Origin: Octopus vulgaris
Lineage: Eukaryota
Assembly: GCA_951406725.2 (NCBI GenBank)
Contig: OX597824.1
Span: 63,054,001-63,118,000, forward strand
Direction of reading: 5' to 3'
Length of the DNA: 64,000 nucleotides
Below are positions 1-16,355 of the stretch, one piece after another. The position numbers were made by a program, and so were the translations under genes. The stretch's first letter is position 1; every line of letters starts with the position of its first letter. The notes below the pieces were generated by a model. The model made no database searches, was not told where the DNA came from, and was given only the letters and a program-made list of their open reading frames with translations.

Positions 1-312
1 ATGGTGGAAATAAACGCAACTTCTTTCTATATTTTTGTTAACTTAGAATTTTTCTGTTTTGGTCAGGACTTTTCCAATTTCTTTTTTCTTGTATCAAGCA
101 ATTAACGAAAGCATTAAAAAAAATTAAATTCATAGACCCGAACAAAATCAAAAATATTAATTCTATTTTCCTTTTACTTTTTACTTTCCTACAATATAAT
201 TAATTACCGTATCCTTTCATATTAGGTAAGTATTTCGGAAATATTTCCCTTTTTAAACAAAAACCATAAAATACATTTTGGGCATTTACTGTTTTAATAG
301 AAAGTTTTAAAA

Positions 313-650
313 TATGGATAATCACACGAGGGACGCATCACAAGAGCGTCAGCGTAGAAGGGGTTACGCGAGGAACAGCGGGAGGAAATAAGGAATCAAA
401 ATCGCGTGAGGATGAGACAGAGAAGAAACGAAATAAGCCGAGCGGAGAGGGTGCGTATCCCTACGGCATAGGAGAAAAAGAAATCAGCAAAGGATAGGAC
501 AAATGAGCTAGGACCAAAGAGAAGAGTATTTCCAAAATAAAGAGAGATAGAAATCAACAGAATCGTGAACACATGAGTCAAGAGCAAAGGCAGCTGTACT
601 TAGAAAATATGAGAAACAAAGCTGGATCTCTCTCGGGATACCAGCAAATC
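313..650 (+). pseudogene. Possible decayed charged (R/E/Q-rich) coding remnant resembling Helitron RepHel N-terminal repeats
   Basis: Purine-rich stretch from ATG at ~314 reading REEQREEIRNQNRVRMRQRR and MSQEQRQLYLENMRNK across stops and frameshifts. No catalytic motif seen. Confidence 0.2.
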
Positions 651-1004
651 ACAAAATCGTGCCAGCCAGCATCACAACCACATCCAAGCCCATATATAGG
701 TGTCTGTGTGTGTATGTATATATTTATGTGTGTGTATTTGTGTCTGTCCTCTACCACCATTGCTTGACAGCCGATGTTGGTATGTTTACACCCCTGTACT
801 TTAGCTGTTCAGCAGAAGTGGCTGATAGAATAAGCACCAGGTTTACGGGTAATTGGTCCAGTAAACCAAGAGGGTTCTCTGAATATGTACGATGTATTTT
901 AAGGCTAAATAGTAATTCTATTTGCGTAACTGAGATATTTTGGTTGGATTGATAGTTATCGGTTTTACACTTCTTTCTATATTCTGTAAATGTCGCAATA
1001 TACT

Positions 1005-1218
1005 TTTCTACTATAGGGACAAGTTCTAAAATTTTGGTGGGGAGGTGGCCAGTCCATTAGATAGACCTCAGTACGCAAATGGTACGTAATTTATTGACCC
1101 CGAAACGATGAAAGGCAAAGTCGATCCGGTAGAATTTGAACTCGGAAGGTAAAGACAGACAAAATACCGCAAAGGATTTCGCCCAGCGTGCTAACGATTC
1201 TGCTAGCTCGCCGTCTTT
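1005..1218 (-). mobile_element. tRNA-derived SINE, family B (diverged copy)
   Basis: Matches reverse complement of the repeat at 9673-10067 and matches 60937-61359 (gaaaggcaaagtcga..gaatttgaactc..gctaacgattctgctagctcgcc). Confidence 0.75.
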
Positions 1219-1309
1219 AACTATAGAAACATTTCTCAAGGCACCAGCACACAGTTTAGAGATGCTTACATTTTTAATATTTTCCATGAATTTTTCACGG
1301 GTCCAGTTA

Positions 1310-1342
<33 letters not shown>

Positions 1343-1820
1343 GAGTGAGCGAGCAGAGCATGCCATCAAAGTGACACTGGGGTAAAATATACGAAGCCCA
1401 GTATACCCATCATGACTACCCGTCTGATAAGGGTACACCAGGCACATGCATCACAACCATATGTGCGCGACATGGTGATCTCATATCAAGATAAACAGCA
1501 CATGACCTTGCAGGTGGAGCCCAGTTAGAATTTTCTTCAGATCGAGTAATCCATCCCGCTCAAAAGGTCCCTGAATAAGGGTTGTTTAAGGACGTTGAAA
1601 GAAACACCCATGTTTCTAGAGGTGAATTATTCAAACCCCAAAGAATCCTTAACACATGGCTATGATGCTCCCCCACTACTTCTGCTCGTGATCAGAGATG
1701 CACATATCGTCAGCCACGAAGGGACATGCTCAACTGGTTAAGGTCAAACAACTGACAAGCAAATCTGTGGTATTGAGCAGAATATTTGCTGTAGCCCATC
1801 TTTTATACCAAGACAAAATA
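1343..1820. mobile_element. ~480-bp non-coding interspersed repeat (family C) bounded by (TAA)n
   Basis: Homologous diverged copy at 16978-17395 with the same start after (att)n (gagtgag.gagcag). This copy has (att)n on both sides. Confidence 0.75.
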
Positions 1821-5896
<4,076 letters not shown>

Positions 5897-6035
5897 TTAT
5901 TATTGTTATTATCATCACCATTACCATCACTATCATCATTATCACCACCATTACCATCATCATTATCATCATCACCATCACCATCACCGCCATCATCATC
6001 AATGATATTGTTTTATGTGTAGTCACAGCAGTATC

Positions 6036-6036
<1 letters not shown>

Positions 6037-6088
<52 letters not shown>

Positions 6089-6148
6089 ATTATCATTATT
6101 ATTATTATTATTATCATTATTATTATTATTATTAATGCAGCGAGTCCA

Positions 6149-6212
<64 letters not shown>
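6037..6212. repeat. (TAT)n microsatellites between the two Dong-like elements, interrupted by aatgcagcgagtccaat
   Basis: Directly visible. Confidence 0.9.
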
Positions 6213-6215
<3 letters not shown>

Positions 6216-9200
6216 TAGTTTTATTTTTATAGCGTGCTTTCACTTCACTACCGAGCGCAGCTCTGTGTGCCTTGGGTATGTGCTGTGATTTGTTGTGATG
6301 CTCTGATGGTTATTGTATGGAAAGTGTTCTGCGTAGGATGTGTGCAGTGCCTAGTAGTGCAATTTTCTGTATGTTATATGTGTTTGTAAGTCCTGGTGTT
6401 TTTGTTATGTATTTGTCTGAATATTTTTTTATCATGCCTAATGCACCTACTATGATAGGAATTGTTTCTGTTTTCAGATTCCACATTCTAGTTACCTCTA
6501 TTTCCAGGTCTTTGTATTTTGAGAGTTTCTCCATTTCTTTTAGAGACACGTTGTCATCAGCCGGTATTGATACATCAATTAGAAAGCATTTTTTTCTTCA
6601 TGATCTCTGACAACTATATCTGGTCTGTTGGCCTTAATTTCTCTATCTGTGTGTATCGGCATATCCCAGAGTATGGTTGCTTTCTCGTTTTCTGTGACCT
6701 TTTCTGGTGTGTGCCTATACCATCTTTTTTCTGTTGTTATTCCATAAAGTTGGCATAGCTTCCAATGTATGTAGGTTCCAACTCTGTCATGTCTGTGAAT
6801 ATATTCCTTCTTAGCCAGGACTGGGCAGCTAGAGATAATATGATTTATTGTTTCTTGTCCATCTCCACATATTCTGCAGTTACTTGTTATATTTATTTTC
6901 ATTACATGTTTTTGGTAATTTCTGGTGGGGAGGCTTTGGTCTTGTGCTGCAATTAAAAATCCCTCTATTTCTGCTTTGAGTCCTGAGCTTCTCAACAATT
7001 GCTGGGATTTTTCTTTGTCTATTTCTTTTGCGTTTAGTTTAGTCCAGTATTTACCATGAAGGGGATTTTCTTGCCATCGTTTTATCATGGTTCGTTGCTG
7101 TTCTATTTTTAGTTTGGATTTCATTTGTTTTATAGCTTTTGTTGTTTCTTCTTCTTCTTCTTCTTCTTCTTCATGTTTATTAGGTGGTATGATTTCTTGT
7201 TTGTATTTGTCAGCTTCCTTAAATACTGAGAACAGTTTTTTGTTTTGCTCGTGTTTTGCTGCTATCTGGATCAGTTTTCCTTCCTTCTGAAGTAGATATT
7301 TTTGCATTCCAATGGTGGTTATTTTATAGTAGTTTTCCTGTTGTATAAGGCCTCTACCACCTTCTATACGTTGTATATATAGTCTTTCTATGTCAGATTT
7401 TGGGTGATGCATCCTAGATCCTGTCATTAATTTTCTTGTTTTCCTATCTATTTTGGTCAGGTCATTTCGTGTCCAGTTAAGGATATTGTAGCTGTAACTT
7501 ATAACTGGGACAGCTAAAGTGTTGATACCTATTATCTTGTTTTTAGCATTGAGCTCTGTTTTTAGTATTGATCTAACTCGTCTATAATATTCTTTTTTAT
7601 TTTCTCTTTCATTTGTGTGTGTTGTGTCTTATCTAGTTCATGGATTCCTAAGTATTTGTAAGTTTGGTTTTGGTCTAATTCTTTTATTTCATTGGTTTTA
7701 TCTAGTGTGATGTTGTTACTCTTAACTAGTTTTCCTCTTTTCATGGTTACTTTGGCGCATTTTTCTAATCCAAATTCCTATCTATTTCTTTGGTAAATCC
7801 ATGAACTGTCTTTAATAGTGTTTCCAGCTGTTTGTCATTTGCAGCGTATAGTTTTAGGTCATCCATATATAAAAGGTGGCTGATCGTTTTGCCGTAACAT
7901 TTATATCCGCATCCAGTTCTATTTAGCATATCAGATAGAGGTGACAGTGCCAAGCAGAAAAGGAGTGGAGAGAGCGTGTCTCCCTGGAATATTCCTCTTC
8001 TAATGGGGATGTCTTTGGATTTCATGAGTCCCTCTTTTGTTTGGAGGTGTAGGACTGTTTGCCATTTATTCATAGAGTGCTCTAAGAATTTTATGATTGT
8101 TGGTGCTACTTTGTTAATGGCTAGTGTTTCGAGGATCCATGTGTGGGGGATGCTATCAAACGCCTTTTTGTAGTCAATCCAGGCCATACTGAGGCCTTTC
8201 TTCTTTCTGTGGCTGTCTTCAGTTATTGCTTTATTAATCATTAGTTGATCTTTACAGCCATATGAGCCTTTGCGGCATCCTTTCTGCTCTTCTGGGAACA
8301 GTTTGTCTTCGTCCAGGTGCTTGTTTAGCCTTTGTGATATCACTGCAGTAAATGCCTTGAACATAGTAGGGAGGCAGGTTATTGGTCTGTAGTTTTCTGG
8401 TTTTTCTGTTTCATTTGATTTGGGAATTAAGATGGTTTTCCCCTTCGTGAGCCATTCAGGCATTGTCTCTGGTTCTGCTAGTACGTTGTTAAAGTTTTCA
8501 GCTAGCTTTTTGTGCATTCCTGTTAGATATTTCAACCAGAAGTTGGGGATCTTGTCATGCCCAGGTGCCTTCCAGTTGCTTAGTCTTTGCAGTGCCTGGG
8601 TGACCTCTTCAGTTGTTACGGGGGTCCAAAGTTGTTCAGATGCCGAGTTTGTTATTTTGATACTCCTTTTTTTTGGTGGTTCGTTCGCCGACCATATTTC
8701 TCTCCAGAATTCTTCCAATTCTTCTGCCTTTGGTGCTGCAGTGACTTCTATTTTACTTTTGCCCAGTTCTTGGTAGAACTTTTTGGGGTTGGAGTTGAAC
8801 TTTTTGTTTTCTTCAAAGAAGCGTTGGCGTTTCTTGTACCGGCGGATCCTTTGTGCTTTGGCAAGGATATCTTGCTTCAGCTTTTCTTTTATTTCAGGCA
8901 AATCTTTCTCTGTGATGTTATATTTGCGGAGTATTTTTGTTCTCTTTTTGTTGCTCAGTAGCGTTGATTGTTTGCTGATTTCATTAAGAATCGAGAGGTC
9001 TTTTCTAATTTGTTTTTATTTTGCTTTGAATGTTATTTATCCACAGGGTTTGTTTGGGTGGTGGTACTCCTGTTTGGGCGGGTTTGGGTGAGTATCCAGC
9101 TTCTTTTGGTGGTCCATTTTGAGCTCTGTGGTTTTCAGTTCTTTGATTATTTTATTTTTTATATTATCATAATCATTAGGCTCCCCTTCGTTGTTTACAC

Positions 9201-9569
9201 CGTGTTTGTTGGGAATGTTGCGTTTGTCTTCGTGTTTTACAGTTTCAGTGTTTATATTATTGGGCATTGTTGTGTGGCTTCTATCTACATTTTCCTGGTG
9301 TATGTTTTCTTTTAGGTGTTCTATTTCTATTTCTGATATTTTATTTTGTGTTGAAAATGTATCTTCGTACGTTAGCTAATTTATTAGGGTTCATTGCTGT
9401 ATCCAAGTCTATATCTCTATTATTTTCCTTCCATATTTTATATGTATGTGTTGTTGTATTTTCATTTTTTGGGTAGAGTACTGCTGTGTAGTATGCGTAT
9501 AAGATAGAAATGTATTCCTCACGTGTCCATTTACGTCTTTTGGGTTTTATTTGCGGGGCATGATGTACA
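6213..9569 (-). mobile_element. R4/Dong-clade non-LTR retrotransposon, element 2 (distinct family, probably 5'-truncated)
   Basis: Same domain order as element 1 but divergent sequence. Short 3' UTR, (TAA)n on both sides. Confidence 0.9.
6310..9569 (-). pseudogene. RT-RLE polyprotein of element 2 (ORFs 9341-9569, 9037-9267, 7765-8901, 7562-7744, 6579-7427, 6310-6549)
   Basis: RRKWTREEY..NKLANVRR; NWKAPGHD, NYRPITCL, WIDYKKAFDS, GIFQGDTLSP, YMDDLKLY; CRIC-x7-H-x4-C, RHD, RPDIV, KLSKYKDL. Multiple frameshifts. Confidence 0.92.
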
Positions 9570-9672
9570 TTATTATTATTATTATTATCATTATTATTAT
9601 TATTATTATTATCATTATTATTATTATTATTATCATTATTATTATTATTATTATCATTATTATTATTATTAT
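9570..9672. repeat. (TAT)n microsatellite with periodic CAT interruptions
   Basis: Directly visible. Confidence 0.95.
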
Positions 9673-10067
9673 TAATGCATCGAGCTGGCAGCATCGTTAG
9701 CACGCCGGGCGAAATGCGTAGCCGTATTTCGTCTGCCGTTACGTTCTGAGTTCAAATTCAGCCGGGGTTGACTTTGCCTTTCATCCTTTCCGTGTCGATA
9801 AATTAAGTTACGCACTGGGGTCGATGTAATCGACTTAATCCGTTTGTCTGTCCTTGATTGTCTCCTCTGTATTTGGCCCCTTGTGGGTAGTAAAGAAATA
9901 GGTATTCCTCCGTTGGTGCGTTCTGAATTAAAATTTCGCCGAGGTCGATTTTACCTTTCATCCTTTCGGGTTCGATAAAATAAGTACCAGTTAAACACTG
10001 GTGGCGATGTAATCGACTCATCCCCTCCCCCAAATATGCTGGCAAAATTTAAAACCATTATTATTAT
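9673..10067 (+). mobile_element. tRNA-derived SINE family B, dimeric body
   Basis: A-box-like tggcagcatcgtt, B-box-like gagttcaaatt. Body (ctgag/aatt..tttcatcctttc..gtcgataaa) occurs twice. Many copies in window. Confidence 0.8.
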
Positions 10068-10846
10068 CACTGTTGTTGTTATATTTAAGTCGGCGAGCAG
10101 GCAGAATCGAGATCGTCTTTGACTTTTGTCATATTGAACTCGATAAAATAAGTACTAGTTGAGTATTGGAGTCGATGTAGTCACCTTAATAGCTCCACCC
10201 CTTCTAACAAAATTTAGGCTTGTGACAAAAATTAAAACAGTTATTATTATTATTCACTTTCTTCTTCGTATACGTGTGTATTCGTCACTATTTTATTTAT
10301 TTTATTTAATTTTAGAATAATTGAAGCCTGTCTGATATATTTATGAATTTATGCATGTATAAATGCATAAATGCATACCAACTGCAATTGGTAAATAACA
10401 GTGGATTATATTGCTACTGTCTTGTGTATGTCTAGTGTTTCAGCACGATTATGCAACCGCCTATGTAACCGTTACCGAACACATGCTATCGCTATTAAAC
10501 TTGCTTCCTGGATAATAGAGACAATTATACTTCATCTCTCGTCTTTAAATGGAACATTATCCCAATTAAAACCTCAACTGAATTTATAATTTATTGCTAT
10601 ATTACCATTAGGGCAATTCCTGCTCGTTAAAATTCTTAGAGACAAGTGTTGCATATCTTCCTGAGATATCCTACGTCATATGTACATCGTTCCTAGCTTT
10701 AAAAAGCTGTTTTGATTATTATATTTATATTATAACCTCCAGTCCGATATCTGTGATTATGTTGAACATTTCCAAATATTGCATGCAATTCGAAATGAAG
10801 CTTTCTCAGATCGTTTTAAACTGTCGACTGATCTATCTATCTATCC

Positions 10847-10910
<64 letters not shown>

Positions 10911-10921
10911 CTATCTCCCTA

Positions 10922-10960
<39 letters not shown>

Positions 10961-10961
<1 letters not shown>

Positions 10962-11132
10962 GGCGCAGGAATGGCTGTGTGGTAAGTAGCTTGCTTACCA
11001 ACCACATGGTTCCGGGTTCAGTCCCACTGCGTGGCATCTTGGGCAAGTGGCTTCTGCTATAGCCCCGGACCAACCAATGCCTTGTGAGTGGATTTGGTAG
11101 ACGGAAACTGAAAGAGGCCTGTCGTATATATG

Positions 11133-11166
<34 letters not shown>

Positions 11167-11388
11167 CATATATGTTTGTGTGTCTGTGTTTGTCCTCCTA
11201 GCATTGCTTGACAACCGATGCTGGTGTGTTTATGTCCACGTTACTTAGCGGTTCGGCAAAAGAGACCGATAGAATAAGTACTGGGCTTACAAAAGAATAA
11301 GTCCCAGGGTCGAGTTGCTCGAATAAAGGCAGTGTTCCAGCATGGCCGCAGTCAAATGACTGAAACAAGTAAAAGAGTAAAAAGAGTA
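10961..11388 (+). mobile_element. tRNA-derived SINE family A with internal (TA)n(TG)n
   Basis: A box tggctgtgtgg, B box ggttcagtccc, tail gtaaaagagtaaaaagag. Several homologous copies in the window. Confidence 0.85.
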
Positions 11389-11390
11389 GA

Positions 11391-11427
<37 letters not shown>

Positions 11428-11670
11428 TATCTATATGTGTGTGTATATGTACGCATGTGTGCATGTTGTGTGCATGTATTCTCACAGAGGCTATACACAT
11501 AGCAGTTAACTGACTGAGCCTCAATAGAAAACACTAATGGAGCAATAATACCTACCACCACACCACATGACTAAAGACAGAAGGAAGGAGAAGAGAGAAA
11601 AAACAATAATAATTAAGACACAGATACAAACAGGGTGATACACACACAGTAGACATATATGTACATACCT

Positions 11671-12057
11671 GTGATGGTAAGTAGCTTGCTTACCAACTAC
11701 ATGGTACCGGGTTAAGACCCACTGCGTGGCACATTGGGCAACCATCTTCTACCATAGTCTCGAGTCGACCAAAGCTTTGTGAGTGGATTTGGTAGACGGA
11801 AACTGAAAGATGTCCACCGTATATATGTATATATCTACGTATGTGTGTGTATGTGTGTGTTTGTGTTTTTCATCCCACCATCGTTTGACAACCGATGGTG
11901 GTGCGTTTAAGTCCTCGTAACTTGGTGGTTCGGTAGAAATGGATAAGTACTAAACTCACAACGAATAAGTCCTGCGGTGGTTTGTTCGACTCAAGGCGGT
12001 ACTCAAGAATGACCACAAATCAAGTGACTTAAACAAATAAAAGAGTAAAAGAGCCAA
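11671..12057 (+). mobile_element. SINE family A copy
   Basis: Colinear with 10961-11388 (ggtaagtagcttgcttacc..gtgagtggatttggtagacggaaactgaaaga). Confidence 0.8.
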
Positions 12058-12384
12058 AGAGATAAATATAGAAAATGAATAAATATATTTGCCACATACC
12101 TGTGATAAATATAAGAAATAGAGATAGATAATAAATCTATATAAAGGGCATGGATACAAACAACGTAAGAAGCGAACCCGTATACGCATACAAACACAAA
12201 CACAATAACTTCACAGATGGCCGCAACAATATCAACAACATGACTGACAACGATAGCAGCAGAAGCGGTGACAACGATGGCAATAACAACAGCAACTACC
12301 ACGATGGCAACACCATGGACGTCCCATTATGTATTTTTTCATATATATATATATACATAAATATAGAAATACAGAAAAATATAT

Positions 12385-12819
12385 GGATCTTATCGGTTTG
12401 AACGGCAGTTTTTAACATAATTTCTAGGTAACTAAAAAATGTTAAACTTCGTATACTGGTAGAATGTATTTATAAAACTTCTTTTTCTCTTGGCTTTATT
12501 GAGAACATTCCATAGTTTGTAAGATATTTGTTGTTTTTTTCTTCAATTTCTGCAATTTCAACCAATCTCTGACGTCCATTGAAGTAAACATCATTCTGTG
12601 CCGTATGAATATGTCCCTCGTTTAAGAAACAGATGGGGCTTATTTACATTTGTGAAGAAAAAAGATACCCTTCCCCCCACCCCTAATCCTAACTAACACT
12701 AACTAACCCTAACCCTAAAATTGATTGAAATGCAATAGATCGATACTAGGATCATAATTATGGGTGACAGTTTCATATGACACCGCTAGAAAAAACTGCC
12801 GTTCTAACCGAAAAGATCC
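12385..12819. mobile_element. MITE / non-autonomous DNA transposon, ~29-bp TIRs, GG..CC ends, apparent 8-bp TSD, internal CCCTAA-like repeats
   Basis: TIRs ggatcttatcggtttgaacggcagttttt / aaaaactgccgttctaaccgaaaagatcc. aaatatat flanks both ends (12377-84, 12820-27). Inverted second copy at 62791-63191. Confidence 0.85.
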
Positions 12820-13348
12820 AAATATATACATATAGTCATATACACACAAGCGCGTATAGATGTGTGTGTATGCATGTCTGTATATGCATGTGTGGTTATG
12901 TGTTTGTGTGTGCGTGTGTGTGCATGTGTGTGCGTATTTGTCTTTGTCGCTTTGTTTGTCCCCAGTTACCGCTTGACATCCGGTGATGGTTGCTTTACGG
13001 CCGCCATAAATTGGCACTTTGACAAAAGACGCTGACGGAAAATGTACCAGATTTAACAAAATTAGTACAAGCATTGCACCGGCACGGCTACATTTCAATG
13101 GGTGAAAGAAGCAAAAGAAGAAAAGAAGGCATAAAGTAACAGCATGTAGTTGGTGTATTTTCTCGCATTTTCATTTTGTAGAAAATATTTTTATAATAAA
13201 CGGACGACCTTTACCTGTCATCTTGTTATCCTTGAATTCACAAGGAGTGGTAAATGATGTAAGCGCCATGTCTTCGTGAATACCCATGATTTAGTGCACA
13301 CCGCCCCTCACAGCGCACACATATCCATATATAACAGTACACATGTAC

Positions 13349-13380
<32 letters not shown>

Positions 13381-14364
13381 AGGTATATGTATGTATACAT
13401 GCCTGTATATATCTATGTTTGTGTGTGTATGTGTGTGTATACGTATATATGTATGTGTAGCAGTTATAGACTTTAGCAACAACAGTATGATGTAATAGTC
13501 GTATCGGCTGTCTTTTGCTTTACGCTTTTTTATTGGTCAATTTTACTATTTATTCACCAATTGTAGCCTACGTGAAGGTGCTCCTTTTAATGGAGAAATG
13601 CGACTAGAATCGGGTTTGCGGCACTTATTTAAACCCGAATTTTTGGGAAATTATTTAGTGACATTCGGTTACCACACGGGACCTTGTCACTCATTTCTGC
13701 AAGGCTGTTTTGCATTGTTCATTTTTCATGACGTTATGTCATGCGATTCTCAACTTGTTAATGTAGTTTAAAGAACTAGCTAAGTAAATTTAACCTGTTG
13801 TCATTCTCAACACAGATGCCTTTTTAAAATGTTTATTTCATATATAATATGTACTACAATCTTTACGATATGATTATGTCGTGATGAATTCATTTTTTAT
13901 AGTTTTACTACTTTCTGTAAATAAACTATTGGTTTTAAATCCGGTCCGTTTTCCTCTTTTGTATAACGTGTACGAACTTTCATCTTATGTTAATATGGAA
14001 AAAATGAATTAGTTTATGATTAATTTACATGCACCCCTAAGGAGATATACTCCATCCTTTGTCGACACAAGAAAATACAGTCAACCCAGTATGATGAAAC
14101 TAAATAACATTTTCAGAATAAACATGATTTATTAAATTTGCTTCCACAGATATTTTCTTGCTATCGAGCATACTTTCTTATGCTATTTAAACTATCATAT
14201 AACCATGCTAGTGAAATGTTGGTTTTCTTCAACATATATGCGAAACGCGGCTAAAAGTTTATATTACATATATGTATTCTGCATACACTTCGAAACTCTT
14301 TCTCGCAACTAGGTTATTAAGACACAGTGACGTTTACCTGTATGTATACACCTTTTAGGTTCTA

Positions 14365-14455
14365 GGTAAATTCCACTGCGTTAAATTCCACCACGGAAAA
14401 TTCCACCAGGTAAATTTCACCGTTGGTAAATTTCACCCGCTAATAATCACCGTGG
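14365..14455 (+). repeat. Short imperfect tandem array of ggtaaattccacc-like units
   Basis: About six units of 14-17 bp visible. Confidence 0.7.
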
Positions 14456-14479
14456 TATGTATTCAAAATCCGTAAAAAA

Positions 14480-15350
14480 AATGTCAACCATTTGTTATTC
14501 ATGGACGACCTCAACCTTTATGGTAAAGACGAAGCCGAAGTCAGTTCCATCGTTGAAACGGTGTATACTTTCAGTACTGATATCAGATTGGAGATCGGGT
14601 AGAGAAAGTGTGGTGTGTTAGTCTTGAAGAAAGGCAAAATCAAATGTATAGACAGGCTAACGATAACTTTGGTGGAGGTTATGAAGCAGATAGAAGAGAC
14701 GGGCTATAAGTATTGTGGAATTTGGAGATGGATAAATGGACGGAGAAAGACATGGAAGAAAAAAATTAAGGTGGAGTACATGCGCAGACTGAGACTGATC
14801 CCTATGTCGAAATTAAACGGACGGAATAAGATTGAAGGTACACTAGCCCAGAAGGAATATAAGAAACGCCACGACAATATAGCAAGACTTGACCATTGGA
14901 TACTTTGCAACAAGTATAGATTTGACAGAGTAGAAAATTGGTACGACTATAAACCCGAAGGCATAATCAAAAATGATAATGCAAGTATCCTGTGGGATTT
15001 TATGATTCAGTGCAACCATGAGATAAAGAATAAGAAGCCAGATATAGTCTTAATTGAGAAAGAAAATAAACTATGCTGGAACATAGATATAGCATGCCCA
15101 GCTGACAACAATATATGCGATAAGGAAGAAAGAAAAGTCGATAGATATGACAGGTTAGCTTGGGAGGTTTTGCTGTTGTGGTCGATAAAAAAGTGATAGT
15201 AGTACCGATAATTGTCGGAGCCTGGGAACAGGGAGTAAAAATATTGAGAAGTACGTGGAACAAATAGGGGCTACAATAAGTGTGGAGCATTTGCAGAAAA
15301 CAGTACTGTTTGGAACCGCTCGAATACTCCGGAAAGTACTCGAAAAATAA
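14480..15350 (+). pseudogene. Decayed, internally deleted R4/Dong-type RT-RLE fragment (element 3)
   Basis: HLLFMDDLNLYG, YKYCG, KRHDNIAR, ILWDF, KPDIV..IDIACP, ends LQKTVLFGTARILRKVLEK. Jumps from the RT thumb region (RNKIEG) straight to the post-knuckle region (LAQKEY). Confidence 0.85.
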
Positions 15351-15477
15351 GAGGGCTTACCTTAGTTCACAAATATATCATCTAAGTTGTATTGTACAGG
15401 ATATAAATAGTCGCAGATTAAGATTCCGGCAGTTTATCTATAGCCTACGAAAATAATGCCGGCAAAGATTATATATA

Positions 15478-16279
15478 TCTATATATATAAAACTGTAGTT
15501 GTGTGAGTGTCTGTCCCCTTCGATTTAGATTCCTAACTACTCCCACATTTTGCGGTGCAGTTTAACCAAATTCGGGTATCTTATAGTCGTGATTCATATC
15601 AAGCCCGTCTGGGTATTAGCACGCGTCTACGATGAGTCTACGATTTTAAAAATAATTTAACATAATTTTTTTATTCCACTTTAATGCATATTTTTTCGTG
15701 TGTCGATGGCGGCGGAGTTGGCGTCCACGCTCACACCTGCACCTGTTTGCTTCTCTCCCTTCTTCCCTCCCTCGTGAAGCTGTGGGGAAGGGAGTGTAAG
15801 GAAATCAACGTCGTAATGCGTTGTCAAGGAGACCAGCGTTCTTTTAGAACAACGACTTCATGGCTTGAAGTCGCCAAAACAGAAATCGCTAAAAAAGCTG
15901 AAACAGATCCACAAAAACGGCAATTACCGCCACACAGGGCAGGTTTCCTGTGCAAACAATTTGCACAACCGAATGTTTTAGTTGTTGCACAAATCTTTAT
16001 ATATAAAAGTAAGGTTGTGTGTATGTCTCCTACGATTTAGATTCCTAACTACTCCCACATTTTGCGGTGCAGTGTAACCAAAACCGGGTATCTTATAGTC
16101 GTGATTCATATCGAGCTCTTCTGGGTATTAGCGCGCGTCTACAATGAGTCTACGATTTAAAAAAAAAATTACCATCATTTTTTATTCCATTTTTAATGCA
16201 TTTTTTGCTATAACTCACTAAAAATGCTTATATAGTTATTTCCCTTACAAACCCGAGCAACGCCGGGCGATAGTGCTAG
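15478..16279 (+). mobile_element. Non-autonomous Helitron with duplicated 5' segment (5' ends at 15478 and 15994)
   Basis: A|TC starts, 3' hairpin cccgagcaacgccggg then CTAG|T at 16276-16280. ~200 bp of the 5' segment is repeated. Confidence 0.8.
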
Positions 16280-16355
16280 TATACTATATTGTTCCACGTC
16301 CTCGCGTTGTTGTGTTTTTTGTATTTTCTTGTTTGGATTAACTATATATATATAT

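Noticed and set aside
12672-12717. Telomere-like CCCTAA repeats as a chromosome end or fusion scar
   Set aside because: Internal part of a MITE present twice in the window.
14365-14455. CRISPR-like array
   Set aside because: Units are degenerate, spacers are only a few bases, context is eukaryotic and there are no cas genes.
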